This document shows positions 41,978-55,933 of a stretch of DNA of 64,000 bases, piece by piece (the first letter of the stretch is position 1; each line of letters begins with the position of its first letter). Below the pieces are notes generated by a model. That model did no database searches. It saw only the letters and a program-made list of their open reading frames with translations, and had not been told where the DNA came from. Source of the DNA: Candidatus Pelagibacterales bacterium (lineage in GTDB: Bacteria; Pseudomonadota; Alphaproteobacteria; Pelagibacterales; Pelagibacteraceae); the NCBI GenBank assembly GCA_965235655.1, contig CBDDYU010000001.1, forward strand, positions 203,791 through 267,790, written 5' to 3'. The position numbers and the translations under genes were made by a program.

Positions 41978-43021
41978 TTGTTAGTATCAACTTGTAAAAT
42001 GAACAATATTTTAATTATTGGTTTTGGCGTTGCGAGTACAGCTTATGCATCCTTATTAGATTATAATAAAAATAAAATTTTTATTTTAGGAACGCCCCTA
42101 GATAAAAAAAAAATTATCAAGATTAATAAAAATAAAAAAAAAATAGATCCTATTTTTCGAGTTAATTTTTCTAATAATGTTCAATTTTTTTCAAATATAA
42201 AAAAATTAGAAAGTATCAAGTTTTCTTTAGTTGTTGTGGGAGTAAATACAAACGGCTTAGAGTGGGCTATAAATCAAATAAACCTAATTAATTTAAATTG
42301 TCCAATTTTGCTTCTAACAAAAGGACTTTGTGTTTTTAATAATAAAATTCAAACTATTAGTGATTATTTTAAATCTAAAACAAAAATTAAACATATTGTT
42401 TCTGCTACAGGACCATGTTTGGCTGGCGAGTTAATTAAAAGAACTCATACACGTACATTGCTTTCATCTACAAGTATTAAAGTAGCTAATTTTGTTAAAA
42501 ATATTCTTAAAAATAATTTTTATCATCCTGTGATTAGCAATGACTACAAAGGTTCAGAAATTTGTGCTGCTATTAAAAACATTTATGCAACCGTAATAGG
42601 TGCGGCTATGGGTCAATCTAATTCATACTTAAAATTTAAAGATAAAAAAAATAATTATTTCAATGCAGCCTCTTTTTTATTTGAACAATCATTAAAAGAG
42701 ATGACTATCATTGTTAAGAAATACAAAGGCAAACCAGACACTGTATTGGGACCAGCTGGAGCAGGAGATTTGTATGTAAGCGCCTTGGGCGGTAGAAATA
42801 GTAAGTTAGGTTTTTTTTTAGGCCAAGGATTTAATTTTAAAAAAATAATTTCTTCCCAAATGAGAAATATTACAGTTGAAGGATCTGATTTAATATTGAA
42901 AATTGGATCAATACTAATTAGAGAAATTGGCAGCAAAAAATTACCTTTGTTAAATTTTTTATTTACAGCCATTGTTAAAAATCAAAAATTTATTATTAAC
43001 TGGAAAAAAATATCAAATTAA
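41978..43021 (+). CDS. NAD(P)-dependent glycerol-3-phosphate dehydrogenase family protein
   Basis: AAIKNIYATVIGAAMG and GAGDLYVSALGGRNSKLGFFLGQG resemble GpsA motifs. The likely start is ATG 41999 (MNNILIIGFGVAS), and the dinucleotide motif is atypical. Confidence 0.6.
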   Translation: MLVSTCKMNNILIIGFGVASTAYASLLDYNKNKIFILGTPLDKKKIIKINKNKKKIDPIFRVNFSNNVQFFSNIKKLESIKFSLVVVGVNTNGLEWAINQINLINLNCPILLLTKGLCVFNNKIQTISDYFKSKTKIKHIVSATGPCLAGELIKRTHTRTLLSSTSIKVANFVKNILKNNFYHPVISNDYKGSEICAAIKNIYATVIGAAMGQSNSYLKFKDKKNNYFNAASFLFEQSLKEMTIIVKKYKGKPDTVLGPAGAGDLYVSALGGRNSKLGFFLGQGFNFKKIISSQMRNITVEGSDLILKIGSILIREIGSKKLPLLNFLFTAIVKNQKFIINWKKISN

Positions 43022-43105
43022 TAAGGATTTTACTGACTTTTTTTGTGGGTAATTGCTAAAATGGCTTATTTATCAGTTAATAATTTAAGTGTATAGACTT
43101 GGGCC

Positions 43106-43474
43106 ATGGAAATTAGTTTTTTAAGAGATTACGCTACAATTTTAATCTTTCTTGTTATTTCAGTTTCTTTAGGATTTGGTTTTATAGTAATTAATTTTCT
43201 TTTTTCACCTAGCAACCCAGACTCTGAAAAATTATCTGCATATGAATGTGGTTTTGAAGCTTTCTCTGATTCTAGAATGAAATTTGATGTACGTTTTTAT
43301 CTTGTTGCAATCTTATTTATTATATTTGATCTAGAAGTTGCTTTTTTATTTCCTTGGGCAGTTTCTCTTGGAAAAATTGGTGCCCTAGGTTTTTGGTCAA
43401 TGATGATTTTTTTATCAGTTTTAACAGTGGGGTTTATTTATGAATGGAAAAAAGGAGCGCTAGATTGGGAATAG
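43106..43474 (+). CDS. nuoA: NADH-quinone oxidoreductase subunit A
   Basis: 122-aa ORF with 3 TM segments and an ND3-like YECGFE motif. It is the first gene of the nuo operon. Confidence 0.9.
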   Translation: MEISFLRDYATILIFLVISVSLGFGFIVINFLFSPSNPDSEKLSAYECGFEAFSDSRMKFDVRFYLVAILFIIFDLEVAFLFPWAVSLGKIGALGFWSMMIFLSVLTVGFIYEWKKGALDWE

Positions 43475-43992
43475 AATTAACAAACAAACTGGACAAAATA
43501 CCTTCAGAATTTAGAGAGGTTGCCGAGGAGTTTACTGAAAAAGGTTTTGTAACGATTGCAAGTAACCGATTAATCAACTGGGCAAGAACAGGATCTTTAC
43601 ATTGGATGACTTTTGGATTGGCATGTTGCGCTGTTGAAATGATGCAAACTTCGATGCCTAGATATGATTTAGAGCGATTTGGTGCTGCACCAAGAGCTTC
43701 ACCAAGACAATCTGATGTAATGATAGTTGCTGGAACCCTCACTAATAAAATGGCGCCAGCTCTAAGAAAAGTTTACGACCAGATGCCAGAGCCTAGATAT
43801 GTAATATCAATGGGAAGCTGTGCTAATGGAGGTGGTTATTATCATTATTCTTATTCAGTAGTTAGAGGTTGTGATCGAATTGTACCAGTTGATATTTATG
43901 TGCCAGGATGCCCTCCGTCTGCAGAGGCTTTGCTCTATGGTATTTTACAACTTCAAAAAAAAATTAGACGCGAAGGTAGTTTGCAAAGATAA
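43444..43992 (+). CDS. nuoB: NADH-quinone oxidoreductase subunit B (only full-length copy)
   Basis: [19 protein letters not shown] and VPGCPP are the N2-cluster Cys motifs. The start is uncertain because of a 31-nt overlap with nuoA. Confidence 0.95.
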   Translation: MEKRSARLGIELTNKLDKIPSEFREVAEEFTEKGFVTIASNRLINWARTGSLHWMTFGLACCAVEMMQTSMPRYDLERFGAAPRASPRQSDVMIVAGTLTNKMAPALRKVYDQMPEPRYVISMGSCANGGGYYHYSYSVVRGCDRIVPVDIYVPGCPPSAEALLYGILQLQKKIRREGSLQR

Positions 43993-43994
43993 AA

Positions 43995-44603
43995 ATGAAA
44001 GAAGAATATAATAATCTAAAGAGTTTAATAGAAAAAAATCAAAAAATAAAATTAACTAATTTAGAGCTAAATGACGATAATTTAATATTATCATCCTCTA
44101 AAGAAGATTTATTATTTAATATTGATTTTTTAAAAAGAAGTTCAGATTTTAAGTTCAGACAATTAGTTGATATTCTTGGAGTTGATTATCCTCAAAGAGA
44201 AATTCGTTTTGAGATTATTTATTTATTACTAAGCCATGAAAAAAATTTAAGAATTTCTATTAAAATTTGTGTTAGTGAAAATGATTTAGTTCCAAGTCTG
44301 ACCGATATTTTTCCTTCGGCAAATTGGCAAGAAAGAGAAGTTTTTGACATGTATGGTATTAAATTTTCTAATCACCCAGATTTAAGAAGAATATTAACGG
44401 ATTATGAGTTTGAAGGATATCCTTTAAGAAAAGATTTTCCTCTTACGGGTCATAAAGAAGTTAGGTACGATTCGGAGTTACAAAAAGTAGTTTATGAACC
44501 TGTTAAATTAGCTCAAGACTTCAGAGATTTTGATTTTGAAAGTCCTTGGGAAGGTTCTGAATATATAAATAAAGAGCAATTAAAAATAGAAAAAGAAAAA
44601 TAG
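43995..44603 (+). CDS. nuoC: NADH-quinone oxidoreductase subunit C, copy 1
   Basis: 202-aa 30-kDa subunit with [14 protein letters not shown]. Confidence 0.95.
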   Translation: MKEEYNNLKSLIEKNQKIKLTNLELNDDNLILSSSKEDLLFNIDFLKRSSDFKFRQLVDILGVDYPQREIRFEIIYLLLSHEKNLRISIKICVSENDLVPSLTDIFPSANWQEREVFDMYGIKFSNHPDLRRILTDYEFEGYPLRKDFPLTGHKEVRYDSELQKVVYEPVKLAQDFRDFDFESPWEGSEYINKEQLKIEKEK

Positions 44604-44607
44604 AATA

Positions 44608-45783
44608 ATGGCTAAGCATACAAAAACGATGAATCTAAATTTTGGACCTCAGCATCCAGCTGCCCATGGTGTTTTGAGATTAATTTTAGAATTGGATGGT
44701 GAGGTAATTGAAAGAGCAGATCCTCATATTGGTTTGCTTCATAGAGGAACAGAAAAATTAATTGAGCACAAAACTTATACCCAAGCTATTCCTTACTTTG
44801 ATCGATTAGATTATGTAGCTCCAATGAACCAAGAGCATGCATTTGCTCTGGCAGTTGAAAAATTACTTAAAATTGAAGTGCCTTCGAGAGCTCAGCATAT
44901 AAGAGTGATTTTTTGTGAAATAGGAAGAATTTTAAGTCATATACTTAATATTACAACTCAAGCTCTCGATGTGGGTGCTCTTACTCCATCATTGTGGGGA
45001 TTTGAAGAAAGAGAAAAGCTTATGGTTTTTTATGAAAGAGTTTCAGGATCAAGATTGCACGCTAATTATTTTAGACCAGGAGGTGTTCATATAGATATGC
45101 CTCACGGTTTAGCAGAAGACATTTATGATTTTTGTAAAAATTTTCCAAAGGTTATAGACGACTTAGAAACTTTGTTGACGGATAATCGCATTTTTAAACA
45201 GCGAAACGTAAATATAGGAATTATTTCTAAACAAGAAGTTTTAGATCATGGTTTCTCAGGTGTAATGTTAAGAGGTTCAGGTATTCCCTGGGATATAAGA
45301 AAATCAAATCCGTATGAATGTTATGAAGAGTTTAATTTTAAAATTCCTGTAGGAAAAAATGGAGATTGTTACGATAGATATTTATGCAGGATCGAAGAGA
45401 TGAGAGAAAGTACAAATATAATAATGCAAGCATTAGAAAAACTTCCTAAAGGACCGATCATGACTACGGACTCAAGAATTGGACCTCCTAAAAGACAAGC
45501 AATGAAGACTAGTATGGAAGCTTTGATAAATCATTTTAAACTGTATACGGAAGGTTACCACGTTCCATCAGGAGAGGTTTATGCAGCAGTAGAGGCTCCT
45601 AAAGGAGAGTTTGGAGTTTATCTTATTTCAGATGGCTCTAATAAGCCGTATAGATGCAAAATTAAAGCACCGGGTTTTGTTCATCTTCAGGCAATGAATT
45701 ATATGATTAAAGGTCATATGTTAGCTGATGTACCTGCAGTTTTAGGCTCAATGGACATTGTATTCGGAGAAGTGGATCGATGA
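44608..45783 (+). CDS. nuoD: NADH-quinone oxidoreductase subunit D, copy 1
   Basis: 391-aa 49-kDa subunit with [14 protein letters not shown] and HRGTEKL. Confidence 0.95.
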   Translation: MAKHTKTMNLNFGPQHPAAHGVLRLILELDGEVIERADPHIGLLHRGTEKLIEHKTYTQAIPYFDRLDYVAPMNQEHAFALAVEKLLKIEVPSRAQHIRVIFCEIGRILSHILNITTQALDVGALTPSLWGFEEREKLMVFYERVSGSRLHANYFRPGGVHIDMPHGLAEDIYDFCKNFPKVIDDLETLLTDNRIFKQRNVNIGIISKQEVLDHGFSGVMLRGSGIPWDIRKSNPYECYEEFNFKIPVGKNGDCYDRYLCRIEEMRESTNIIMQALEKLPKGPIMTTDSRIGPPKRQAMKTSMEALINHFKLYTEGYHVPSGEVYAAVEAPKGEFGVYLISDGSNKPYRCKIKAPGFVHLQAMNYMIKGHMLADVPAVLGSMDIVFGEVDR

Positions 45784-46379
45784 GTGGAAAACACATAGCA
45801 AAAGAACAACCTAAAAGCTTTATTTTTTCAGAAATTAATTTGAAAAAAAAAGATGAAATTTTAAAAAAATATCCTGAACAAAGAAAAAAAAGTGCAGTTA
45901 TGCCTTTATTGTATTTAGCTCAAAAACAAAATGATGGATGGATACCTTTGGCAGGAATTCAGTATATTGCTGACCTACTAGAAGTGCCGTACATAAAAGT
46001 TTTTGAAGTTGCAACGTTTTACACCATGTACAATCTTGCTCCGGTTGGAAAATACTTTGTTCAAGTATGCACTACAACTCCATGTATGATTAGAGGATCT
46101 GGAAAAATTGTAGATATGTGTAAGAAATATATTTCTGAAAAAGAAGGTCATTTGAGCGAGGATAAAAAAAGCTCTTGGATTGAGGTGGAGTGTTTGGGGG
46201 CTTGTGTAAATGCTCCCATGATACAAATTAATGATGATTATTATGAAGATTTAGATGAGCAGTCTGCTAAAAAAATTTTTCAAAGTTTTAATGATGATAG
46301 TTTACCCAGTATCGGATCTCAAAAAGGAAGAAAAGGTTCTGAACCCATAAGAGATCGTTTAACTTTAATAAAAAATTAG
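45780..46379 (+). CDS. nuoE: NADH-quinone oxidoreductase subunit E, copy 1
   Basis: 199-aa 24-kDa subunit with 2Fe-2S Cys motifs VCTTTPC and ECLGAC. Confidence 0.95.
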   Translation: MSGKHIAKEQPKSFIFSEINLKKKDEILKKYPEQRKKSAVMPLLYLAQKQNDGWIPLAGIQYIADLLEVPYIKVFEVATFYTMYNLAPVGKYFVQVCTTTPCMIRGSGKIVDMCKKYISEKEGHLSEDKKSSWIEVECLGACVNAPMIQINDDYYEDLDEQSAKKIFQSFNDDSLPSIGSQKGRKGSEPIRDRLTLIKN

Positions 46380-47642
46380 ATGCTAAAAGATAAAGATAGA
46401 ATTTTTACAAATTTATATGGCGACGATAGTTTTGATCTAAATTCATCTATAAAGCGTGGTGATTGGAAAGATATAAAAGAAATTACCAATAAAGGAAAAG
46501 ACTGGATTATAGATCAAATAAAAAAATCAGAATTAAGAGGAAGGGGTGGCGCTGGTTTCCCGACAGGTGTTAAATGGTCTTTTGCTCCTAAAGAAGTTAA
46601 AGAAGGAAGACCTCACTATCTTGTAATTAATGCAGATGAATCTGAACCTGGCACATGTAAAGATAGAGATATTATTCGCTATGAACCGCAAAAATTAATC
46701 GAAGGATGCTTGATTGCTTCATATGCAGTTAGTGCAAACACTTGTTATGTTTACATAAGGGGAGAATATGTAAATGAGGGTAAAATTTTACAGCAGGCGA
46801 TTGATCAAGCCTATGAGAAAGGTTATTTGGGAAAAAATGCTGCTGGCACTGGATGGGATTTGGATATGTATATCCATTTTGGAGCAGGAGCATATATTTG
46901 TGGAGAAGAGACTGCTTTACTTGAAAGCTTAGAAGGTAACAAGGGCCAACCTAGATTAAAACCTCCATTCCCAGCTTTGGTAGGGCTTTATGGCTGCCCA
47001 ACCATTGTCAATAATGTAGAAACTGTAGCAGTTGTTCCAACTATTTTAAGAAGAGGAGCTGATTGGTTTGCGTCTTTTGGAAGACCAAAAAATAGAGGTA
47101 CAAAAATTTTTTGTATTTCAGGAAATGTAAACAACCCTTGCAATGTTGAGGAGGAAATGAGCATACCTCTAAAAGATTTAATTGAAAAACATGCTGGCGG
47201 AGTAACAGGAGGTTGGGACAATCTTCAAGCTGTTATTCCAGGTGGATCTTCGATGCCTTTATTGCCAAAAAGAGTTTGTGAAACAATATTAATGGATTTT
47301 GATTCTTTAATAGAAGCGAAGAGTGGACTTGGGACCGCAGGCATTGTTGTCATTGATAAATCGCAAGATATTGTTAAATGCATTTCTAGAATTGCAAGAT
47401 TTTATAAACACGAAAGTTGTGGACAGTGCACTCCTTGTAGAGAAGGCTCTGGGTGGATGTGGAGAATGTTAGAGAGAATTGGAAGGGGAGAAGCGGACAT
47501 AGAAGAAATAGATATGTTAATGGATGTTACTAAGCAAATTGAAGGTCATACAATTTGTGCTTTTGGTGAGGGTTCTTCATGGCCAGTGCAAGGTTTATTA
47601 AGACATTTTAGAAAAGAAATGGAAGAGAAGTGTAATGCCTAA
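46380..47642 (+). CDS. nuoF: NADH-quinone oxidoreductase subunit F, copy 1
   Basis: 420 aa with the FMN site [10 protein letters not shown] and the N3 motif [12 protein letters not shown]. Confidence 0.95.
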   Translation: MLKDKDRIFTNLYGDDSFDLNSSIKRGDWKDIKEITNKGKDWIIDQIKKSELRGRGGAGFPTGVKWSFAPKEVKEGRPHYLVINADESEPGTCKDRDIIRYEPQKLIEGCLIASYAVSANTCYVYIRGEYVNEGKILQQAIDQAYEKGYLGKNAAGTGWDLDMYIHFGAGAYICGEETALLESLEGNKGQPRLKPPFPALVGLYGCPTIVNNVETVAVVPTILRRGADWFASFGRPKNRGTKIFCISGNVNNPCNVEEEMSIPLKDLIEKHAGGVTGGWDNLQAVIPGGSSMPLLPKRVCETILMDFDSLIEAKSGLGTAGIVVIDKSQDIVKCISRIARFYKHESCGQCTPCREGSGWMWRMLERIGRGEADIEEIDMLMDVTKQIEGHTICAFGEGSSWPVQGLLRHFRKEMEEKCNA

Positions 47643-49647
47643 AGTTAAAGTAGATGGAATAGAAATTGAAGTTGAGAATGGAACCACGGTTTTACAAGCT
47701 TGTGAAATAGCTGGAAAAGAAATTCCAAGATTTTGTTATCATGAAAAATTATCCATAGCAGGAAATTGTAGAATGTGTTTAGTAGAAATGGAAAAATCAC
47801 CAAAGCCAGTTGCATCATGTGCAATGCCAGTAGCAGAAGGGCAAGTTATTTATACGAATACACAAATGGTAAAAAAAGCAAGAGAAGGGGTAATGGAGTT
47901 CTTACTTATTAATCACCCCCTTGACTGTCCAATATGCGATCAAGGCGGAGAGTGTGATTTACAAGATCAATCAATGAAGTTTGGTGGTGGTAATTCTCGA
48001 TACGAATTAAATAAAAGATCAGTAAAAGAAAAATATATGGGTCCTTTAATTAAAACCCAAATGAACCGTTGTATTCACTGTACTCGATGTATTCGCTTTT
48101 CAGAGGAGTTAGCTGGCGTACCTGATTTAGGTGCAATAAATCGAGGTGAAAATATGGAGATTACTACTTTTCTTGAAAAAACGATTAATAGTGAGTTGTC
48201 AGCTAATGTAATAGATCTCTGCCCTGTAGGTGCATTAACATCAAGACCTTATGCATTTGAAGCAAGACCTTGGGAGCTAACAAAAACTGAAACCATTGAT
48301 GTGATGGATGCGGTTGGGTCCAATATTAGAGTTGATACTAAAGGCTGGGAGGTGAAAAGAATTTTACCTCGCACAAATGAAGAAATTAACGAAGAGTGGA
48401 TTTCAGATAAAACAAGATATGCTTGTGATGGTCTGTTAAATAATAGGATAGATAGTCCTTTTGTACGAAAAAATGGAAAATTAATCGAGTGTTCTTGGGA
48501 TGACGCATTTGTAGAAATTTCAAATCAAATTAACAAAACTGTTCGAGTAGGTGGAATAATTGGATCTACAGTTGATCTAGAGAGCATATATGCTTTTAAA
48601 CTTTTAATTAATAGTTTGGCAGGTTCAAATTCTATAGATTTTAGACAAAAAGATTTTTATTTTAATCCATCGCATCCTGGAAATTATTTATTCAATAGTT
48701 CAATTGAAGGAATTGATCATTCAGATTTGATTTTATTAATTGGCGCAAATCCTAGAACTGAAGCTACTATGGTTAATGCTAGAATTAGAAAAAATTATGC
48801 TCAAAAAAAACTAGATATTTTTTCTATAGGCTTACCTGAAGATCAAACTTATAAAATTAATTTCTTGGGAGATAATTTAAGTATCTTAAGGGATATTCTA
48901 AATGAAAAAAATTCTTTTTTTGAAAAGTTAGCAAAAGCAAGAAAACCAATGTTTATTATTGGTGAGTCTGTTTTAAATTCGCTTCAAGGTCAATTTGTAA
49001 TTGAAACTTCAAAATTAATTTTAAAAAAATATAATCAACTCAATGCTTTAAATATTCTTCATCAATCCGCCTCATCAGTTGGAGCTATAATGATAGGAGC
49101 ATATAATTTAATAGAAAATGTTGTTCAAAATGAAATTTTGTATTTGTTAGGAGCTGATGAAATTAACATCGATAAAAAAAATAAGTTTATTATTTATCAA
49201 GGATCACATGCTAGTAAAAACGCAAAAATTGCTGATGTAATTTTACCAGGAGCAGCTTTTACTGAAAAAGATGGACTGTATGTAAATCTCGAAGGAAGGG
49301 TTCAGTCAGCTTATAGGGCCTCATATCCTCCAGGAAATGCAAAAGAGGATTGGAAAATATTAAGAGCTTTATCAGAAACGTTAAACAAAACCCTTAAATT
49401 TAATACAATTGAGGAACTCAGAATTAAATTATTCGAGTCCTTTCCTTCATTATCAAAAATCGATGAACTGCCGATTATAGATTATTCCAATTTAGATATT
49501 AGTGAAAAAAAATTAGATTTAGACTCTGTAGTTCACTACCAATATCTTGATTATTATCAATCCAATGAAATTGCTAGATCATCAGCTACAATGATGGAAT
49601 GTAAAATTGCAAGAGAAAAATTAAAAAAAACTGGAACTGATGATTAG
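47635..49647 (+). CDS. nuoG: NADH-quinone oxidoreductase subunit G, copy 1
   Basis: 670 aa with the motifs [29 protein letters not shown] and RCIHCTRC. Confidence 0.95.
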   Translation: MPKVKVDGIEIEVENGTTVLQACEIAGKEIPRFCYHEKLSIAGNCRMCLVEMEKSPKPVASCAMPVAEGQVIYTNTQMVKKAREGVMEFLLINHPLDCPICDQGGECDLQDQSMKFGGGNSRYELNKRSVKEKYMGPLIKTQMNRCIHCTRCIRFSEELAGVPDLGAINRGENMEITTFLEKTINSELSANVIDLCPVGALTSRPYAFEARPWELTKTETIDVMDAVGSNIRVDTKGWEVKRILPRTNEEINEEWISDKTRYACDGLLNNRIDSPFVRKNGKLIECSWDDAFVEISNQINKTVRVGGIIGSTVDLESIYAFKLLINSLAGSNSIDFRQKDFYFNPSHPGNYLFNSSIEGIDHSDLILLIGANPRTEATMVNARIRKNYAQKKLDIFSIGLPEDQTYKINFLGDNLSILRDILNEKNSFFEKLAKARKPMFIIGESVLNSLQGQFVIETSKLILKKYNQLNALNILHQSASSVGAIMIGAYNLIENVVQNEILYLLGADEINIDKKNKFIIYQGSHASKNAKIADVILPGAAFTEKDGLYVNLEGRVQSAYRASYPPGNAKEDWKILRALSETLNKTLKFNTIEELRIKLFESFPSLSKIDELPIIDYSNLDISEKKLDLDSVVHYQYLDYYQSNEIARSSATMMECKIAREKLKKTGTDD

Positions 49648-50641
49648 TGAATATTTAAATATAATATTTTTTGACAGCTTAAAAATTTTAGCTTTACTAA
49701 TGCCAGTGTTAATTGCTGTTGCATTAATCGTTTGGGTTGATCGAAGAGTTTGGGGTTTGGTACAACTTAGAAAAGGTCCAAATGTAGTTGGTCCTTTTGG
49801 TTTATTACAAACAGCAGCTGATGCACTGAAATATATTTTTAAAGAAATTATTATTCCTGCTGGAGCAAATAAGGTTATTTTTGTTTTAGCTCCAGTCGTT
49901 ACAATGTCACTTGCTCTATTGGCTTGGGCGGTAATACCTTTTGGTGAAAATCTTTATGTAACTAATATTAATGTAGGTATTCTATATTTATTCGCTGTTT
50001 CATCTCTCGGTGTATATGGAATAATTATGGCTGGCTGGGCATCGAATTCTAAATATCCTTTTTTAGGTGCCTTAAGATCAGCTGCACAAATGGTTTCATA
50101 TGAAGTTTCTATAGGTTTTATTATTGTTACTGTGTTGTTGTGCGTAGGTTCATTAAACTTAGTGGATATTGTGGTTGCTCAAAAAAAAATATGGTTTGCT
50201 ATTCCTTTATTTCCAATGTTTGTAATTTTTTTTATTTCTGCACTTGCAGAAACAAACAGACCTCCATTTGATTTGCCAGAGGCGGAAGCGGAATTAGTTT
50301 CTGGATATCAAACTGAGTACTCAGGAATGATGTATGCATTATTTTGGCTAGGTGAATATGCAAATATTCTTCTTATGTGTGCCCTAGGTTCAATTTTGTT
50401 TTTAGGCGGGTGGTTACCACCACTTGATATCTCACCTTTTAATTTAATACCTTCACCGATATGGTTAATTTTAAAAATTTTATTACTTTTTTTTGTTTTT
50501 GCATTGGTTAAGGCAATAGTACCTCGATATAGATATGATCAATTAATGAGATTAGGATGGAAAGTATTTTTACCTATTTCGTTATTATGGGTAATATTAA
50601 CCTCATCTGTGTTATTTTACTTTAACCTTCTACCTAATTAA
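49640..50641 (+). CDS. nuoH: NADH-quinone oxidoreductase subunit H, copy 1
   Basis: 333-aa ND1-like polytopic protein with [14 protein letters not shown]. Confidence 0.95.
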   Translation: MISEYLNIIFFDSLKILALLMPVLIAVALIVWVDRRVWGLVQLRKGPNVVGPFGLLQTAADALKYIFKEIIIPAGANKVIFVLAPVVTMSLALLAWAVIPFGENLYVTNINVGILYLFAVSSLGVYGIIMAGWASNSKYPFLGALRSAAQMVSYEVSIGFIIVTVLLCVGSLNLVDIVVAQKKIWFAIPLFPMFVIFFISALAETNRPPFDLPEAEAELVSGYQTEYSGMMYALFWLGEYANILLMCALGSILFLGGWLPPLDISPFNLIPSPIWLILKILLLFFVFALVKAIVPRYRYDQLMRLGWKVFLPISLLWVILTSSVLFYFNLLPN

Positions 50642-50643
50642 TT

Positions 50644-51129
50644 ATGAAATTTAGTCGAATTGTTAAAACAGTCTTTTTATTAGAATTTGTTAAAGGATTA
50701 TTGTTGGCAATTAAGTATATGTTTAAACCTAAAGCTACAGTCAACTATCCATTTGAAAAAGGACCGTTAAGTCCAAGATTTAGAGGTGAACATGCATTAA
50801 GAAGATATCCAAATGGAGAGGAGAGATGTATAGCCTGCAAATTATGCGAAGCCATTTGCCCCGCCCAAGCAATTACAATTGATGCAGAGCTTAAAGAAGA
50901 TGGCTCAAGAAAAACAACTCGTTATGACATTGATATGGTTAAATGTATTTACTGTGGTTTGTGTCAAGAGGCTTGCCCAGTAGATGCAATTGTTCAGGGT
51001 CCAAACTTCGAATTCTCAACCGAAACTAAAGAGGAATTATATTACAATAAAGAAAAACTTTTAGATAACGGTGATCGATGGGAGAAAGAAATAGCTCATA
51101 ATATAAAAACAGATAAATCCTATAGATAA
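50644..51129 (+). CDS. nuoI: NADH-quinone oxidoreductase subunit I, copy 1
   Basis: 161 aa with two 4Fe-4S motifs, [12 protein letters not shown] and [12 protein letters not shown]. Confidence 0.95.
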   Translation: MKFSRIVKTVFLLEFVKGLLLAIKYMFKPKATVNYPFEKGPLSPRFRGEHALRRYPNGEERCIACKLCEAICPAQAITIDAELKEDGSRKTTRYDIDMVKCIYCGLCQEACPVDAIVQGPNFEFSTETKEELYYNKEKLLDNGDRWEKEIAHNIKTDKSYR

Positions 51130-51131
51130 CA

Positions 51132-51741
51132 ATGTTAGCGCACGCAATTATTTTTTACTTTTTTTCTTTTGTAGTAATAGCTTCTTCGGTGATGGTTATA
51201 TCATCAAAAAACACAGTGCATGCTGTTTTCTTTTTAATATTAGATTTTGTAAGTGTTGCTTGTCTTTTTATAATGCTTGGAGCAGAATTTTTAGGAATGA
51301 TAACCTTAATTGTTTATGTTGGAGCAGTTGCGGTGTTGTTTTTGTTCGTTGTTATGATGATTAATATTAATTTTTCAGAACTAAAAACTGGATTTTTAGA
51401 TTATTTGCCATTTGGAATGTTGATTGGAGTTGTCATTTTTATTGAATTAGTAATGATGATAAGTGCATGGAAATATAAAGCTGAATTTATTGTTACCAAA
51501 AAAATAGCCAAACCACTCGTGAGTAATACTGAAAGTCTTGGAATGATTATTTACACAGATTATATTTTATTTTTTCAAATTTCGGGTTTGATTTTATTAG
51601 TAGCAATGATTGGAGCAATCGTTTTAACATTTAGAAGGAAAGATTCTTTAAGAAGGCAGGATATAACTACTCAAGTTTCCAGAGAAAGAGACGAATCTGT
51701 TGAATTGCGAGATGTTCCAAATTTTAAAGGTGTTAAAATTA

Positions 51742-51749
<8 letters not shown>
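51132..51749 (+). CDS. nuoJ: NADH-quinone oxidoreductase subunit J, copy 1
   Basis: 205-aa ND6-like membrane protein in the conserved operon position. Confidence 0.9.
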
Positions 51750-52283
<534 letters not shown>

Positions 52284-52285
52284 AA

Positions 52286-52894
52286 ATGAAAGAAGAATAT
52301 AATAATCTAAAGAGTTTAATAGAAAAAAATCAAAAAATAAAATTAACTAATTTAGAGCTAAATGACGATAATTTAATATTATCATCCTCTAAAGAAGATT
52401 TATTATTTAATATTGATTTTTTAAAAAGAAGTTCAGATTTTAAGTTCAGACAATTAGTTGATATTCTTGGAGTTGATTATCCTCAAAGAGAAATTCGTTT
52501 TGAGATTATTTATTTATTACTAAGCCATGAAAAAAATTTAAGAATTTCTATTAAAATTTGTGTTAGTGAAAATGATTTAGTTCCAAGTCTGACCGATATT
52601 TTTCCTTCGGCAAATTGGCAAGAAAGAGAAGTTTTTGACATGTATGGTATTAAATTTTCTAATCACCCAGATTTAAGAAGAATATTAACGGATTATGAGT
52701 TTGAAGGATATCCTTTAAGAAAAGATTTTCCTCTTACGGGTCATAAAGAAGTTAGGTACGATTCGGAGTTACAAAAAGTAGTTTATGAACCTGTTAAATT
52801 AGCTCAAGACTTCAGAGATTTTGATTTTGAAAGTCCTTGGGAAGGTTCTGAATATATAAATAAAGAGCAATTAAAAATAGAAAAAGAAAAATAG
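52286..52894 (+). CDS. nuoC: NADH-quinone oxidoreductase subunit C, copy 2
   Basis: DNA identical to copy 1 at offset 8291. Confidence 0.9.
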   Translation: MKEEYNNLKSLIEKNQKIKLTNLELNDDNLILSSSKEDLLFNIDFLKRSSDFKFRQLVDILGVDYPQREIRFEIIYLLLSHEKNLRISIKICVSENDLVPSLTDIFPSANWQEREVFDMYGIKFSNHPDLRRILTDYEFEGYPLRKDFPLTGHKEVRYDSELQKVVYEPVKLAQDFRDFDFESPWEGSEYINKEQLKIEKEK

Positions 52895-52898
52895 AATA

Positions 52899-54074
52899 AT
52901 GGCTAAGCATACAAAAACGATGAATCTAAATTTTGGACCTCAGCATCCAGCTGCCCATGGTGTTTTGAGATTAATTTTAGAATTGGATGGTGAGGTAATT
53001 GAAAGAGCAGATCCTCATATTGGTTTGCTTCATAGAGGAACAGAAAAATTAATTGAGCACAAAACTTATACCCAAGCTATTCCTTACTTTGATCGATTAG
53101 ATTATGTAGCTCCAATGAACCAAGAGCATGCATTTGCTCTGGCAGTTGAAAAATTACTTAAAATTGAAGTGCCTTCGAGAGCTCAGCATATAAGAGTGAT
53201 TTTTTGTGAAATAGGAAGAATTTTAAGTCATATACTTAATATTACAACTCAAGCTCTCGATGTGGGTGCTCTTACTCCATCATTGTGGGGATTTGAAGAA
53301 AGAGAAAAGCTTATGGTTTTTTATGAAAGAGTTTCAGGATCAAGATTGCACGCTAATTATTTTAGACCAGGAGGTGTTCATATAGATATGCCTCACGGTT
53401 TAGCAGAAGACATTTATGATTTTTGTAAAAATTTTCCAAAGGTTATAGACGACTTAGAAACTTTGTTGACGGATAATCGCATTTTTAAACAGCGAAACGT
53501 AAATATAGGAATTATTTCTAAACAAGAAGTTTTAGATCATGGTTTCTCAGGTGTAATGTTAAGAGGTTCAGGTATTCCCTGGGATATAAGAAAATCAAAT
53601 CCGTATGAATGTTATGAAGAGTTTAATTTTAAAATTCCTGTAGGAAAAAATGGAGATTGTTACGATAGATATTTATGCAGGATCGAAGAGATGAGAGAAA
53701 GTACAAATATAATAATGCAAGCATTAGAAAAACTTCCTAAAGGACCGATCATGACTACGGACTCAAGAATTGGACCTCCTAAAAGACAAGCAATGAAGAC
53801 TAGTATGGAAGCTTTGATAAATCATTTTAAACTGTATACGGAAGGTTACCACGTTCCATCAGGAGAGGTTTATGCAGCAGTAGAGGCTCCTAAAGGAGAG
53901 TTTGGAGTTTATCTTATTTCAGATGGCTCTAATAAGCCGTATAGATGCAAAATTAAAGCACCGGGTTTTGTTCATCTTCAGGCAATGAATTATATGATTA
54001 AAGGTCATATGTTAGCTGATGTACCTGCAGTTTTAGGCTCAATGGACATTGTATTCGGAGAAGTGGATCGATGA
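52899..54074 (+). CDS. nuoD: NADH-quinone oxidoreductase subunit D, copy 2
   Basis: DNA identical to copy 1 at offset 8291. Confidence 0.9.
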   Translation: MAKHTKTMNLNFGPQHPAAHGVLRLILELDGEVIERADPHIGLLHRGTEKLIEHKTYTQAIPYFDRLDYVAPMNQEHAFALAVEKLLKIEVPSRAQHIRVIFCEIGRILSHILNITTQALDVGALTPSLWGFEEREKLMVFYERVSGSRLHANYFRPGGVHIDMPHGLAEDIYDFCKNFPKVIDDLETLLTDNRIFKQRNVNIGIISKQEVLDHGFSGVMLRGSGIPWDIRKSNPYECYEEFNFKIPVGKNGDCYDRYLCRIEEMRESTNIIMQALEKLPKGPIMTTDSRIGPPKRQAMKTSMEALINHFKLYTEGYHVPSGEVYAAVEAPKGEFGVYLISDGSNKPYRCKIKAPGFVHLQAMNYMIKGHMLADVPAVLGSMDIVFGEVDR

Positions 54075-54670
54075 GTGGAAAACACATAGCAAAAGAACAA
54101 CCTAAAAGCTTTATTTTTTCAGAAATTAATTTGAAAAAAAAAGATGAAATTTTAAAAAAATATCCTGAACAAAGAAAAAAAAGTGCAGTTATGCCTTTAT
54201 TGTATTTAGCTCAAAAACAAAATGATGGATGGATACCTTTGGCAGGAATTCAGTATATTGCTGACCTACTAGAAGTGCCGTACATAAAAGTTTTTGAAGT
54301 TGCAACGTTTTACACCATGTACAATCTTGCTCCGGTTGGAAAATACTTTGTTCAAGTATGCACTACAACTCCATGTATGATTAGAGGATCTGGAAAAATT
54401 GTAGATATGTGTAAGAAATATATTTCTGAAAAAGAAGGTCATTTGAGCGAGGATAAAAAAAGCTCTTGGATTGAGGTAGAGTGTTTGGGGGCCTGTGTAA
54501 ATGCTCCCATGATACAAATTAATGATGATTATTATGAAGATTTAGATGAGCAGTCTGCTAAAAAAATTTTTCAAAGTTTTAATGATGATAGTTTACCCAG
54601 TATCGGATCTCAAAAAGGAAGAAAAGGTTCTGAACCCATAAGAGATCGTTTAACTTTAATAAAAAATTAG
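54071..54670 (+). CDS. nuoE: NADH-quinone oxidoreductase subunit E, copy 2
   Basis: Protein identical to copy 1, with 2 synonymous differences. Confidence 0.9.
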   Translation: MSGKHIAKEQPKSFIFSEINLKKKDEILKKYPEQRKKSAVMPLLYLAQKQNDGWIPLAGIQYIADLLEVPYIKVFEVATFYTMYNLAPVGKYFVQVCTTTPCMIRGSGKIVDMCKKYISEKEGHLSEDKKSSWIEVECLGACVNAPMIQINDDYYEDLDEQSAKKIFQSFNDDSLPSIGSQKGRKGSEPIRDRLTLIKN

Positions 54671-55933
54671 ATGCTAAAAGATAAAGATAGAATTTTTACA
54701 AATTTATATGGCGACGATAGTTTTGATCTAAATTCATCTATAAAGCGTGGTGATTGGAAAGATATAAAAGAAATTACCAATAAAGGAAAAGACTGGATTA
54801 TAGATCAAATAAAAAAATCAGAATTAAGAGGAAGGGGTGGCGCTGGTTTCCCGACAGGTGTTAAATGGTCTTTTGCTCCTAAAGAAGTTAAAGAAGGAAG
54901 ACCTCACTATCTTGTAATTAATGCAGATGAATCTGAACCTGGCACATGTAAAGATAGAGATATTATTCGCTATGAACCGCAAAAATTAATCGAAGGATGC
55001 TTGATTGCTTCATATGCAGTTAGTGCAAACACTTGTTATGTTTACATAAGGGGAGAATATGTAAATGAGGGTAAAATTTTACAGCAGGCGATTGATCAAG
55101 CCTATGAGAAAGGTTATTTGGGAAAAAATGCTGCTGGCACTGGATGGGATTTGGATATGTATATCCATTTTGGAGCAGGAGCATATATTTGTGGAGAAGA
55201 GACTGCTTTACTTGAAAGCTTAGAAGGTAACAAGGGCCAACCTAGATTAAAACCTCCATTCCCAGCTTTGGTAGGGCTTTATGGCTGCCCAACCATTGTC
55301 AATAATGTAGAAACTGTAGCAGTTGTTCCAACTATTTTAAGAAGAGGAGCTGATTGGTTTGCGTCTTTTGGAAGACCAAAAAATAGAGGTACAAAAATTT
55401 TTTGTATTTCAGGAAATGTAAACAACCCTTGCAATGTTGAGGAGGAAATGAGCATACCTCTAAAAGATTTAATTGAAAAACATGCTGGCGGAGTAACAGG
55501 AGGTTGGGACAATCTTCAAGCTGTTATTCCAGGTGGATCTTCGATGCCTTTATTGCCAAAAAGAGTTTGTGAAACAATATTAATGGATTTTGATTCTTTA
55601 ATAGAAGCGAAGAGTGGACTTGGGACCGCAGGCATTGTTGTCATTGATAAATCGCAAGATATTGTTAAATGCATTTCTAGAATTGCAAGATTTTATAAAC
55701 ACGAAAGTTGTGGACAGTGCACTCCTTGTAGAGAAGGTTCTGGGTGGATGTGGAGAATGTTAGAGAGAATTGGAAGGGGAGAAGCTGACATAGAAGAAAT
55801 AGATATGTTAATGGATGTTACTAAGCAAATTGAAGGTCATACAATTTGTGCTTTTGGTGAGGGTTCTTCATGGCCAGTGCAAGGTTTATTAAGACATTTT
55901 AGAAAAGAAATGGAAGAGAAGTGTAATGCCTAA
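54671..55933 (+). CDS. nuoF: NADH-quinone oxidoreductase subunit F, copy 2
   Basis: Protein identical to copy 1, with 2 synonymous differences. Confidence 0.9.
   Translation: MLKDKDRIFTNLYGDDSFDLNSSIKRGDWKDIKEITNKGKDWIIDQIKKSELRGRGGAGFPTGVKWSFAPKEVKEGRPHYLVINADESEPGTCKDRDIIRYEPQKLIEGCLIASYAVSANTCYVYIRGEYVNEGKILQQAIDQAYEKGYLGKNAAGTGWDLDMYIHFGAGAYICGEETALLESLEGNKGQPRLKPPFPALVGLYGCPTIVNNVETVAVVPTILRRGADWFASFGRPKNRGTKIFCISGNVNNPCNVEEEMSIPLKDLIEKHAGGVTGGWDNLQAVIPGGSSMPLLPKRVCETILMDFDSLIEAKSGLGTAGIVVIDKSQDIVKCISRIARFYKHESCGQCTPCREGSGWMWRMLERIGRGEADIEEIDMLMDVTKQIEGHTICAFGEGSSWPVQGLLRHFRKEMEEKCNA

Noticed and set aside
43444-43474. The 31-nt nuoA/nuoB overlap as evidence of a frameshift or fusion.
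   Set aside because: It is more simply explained by an over-extended nuoB start in the ORF track. Both ORFs are intact and conserved motifs begin well downstream.
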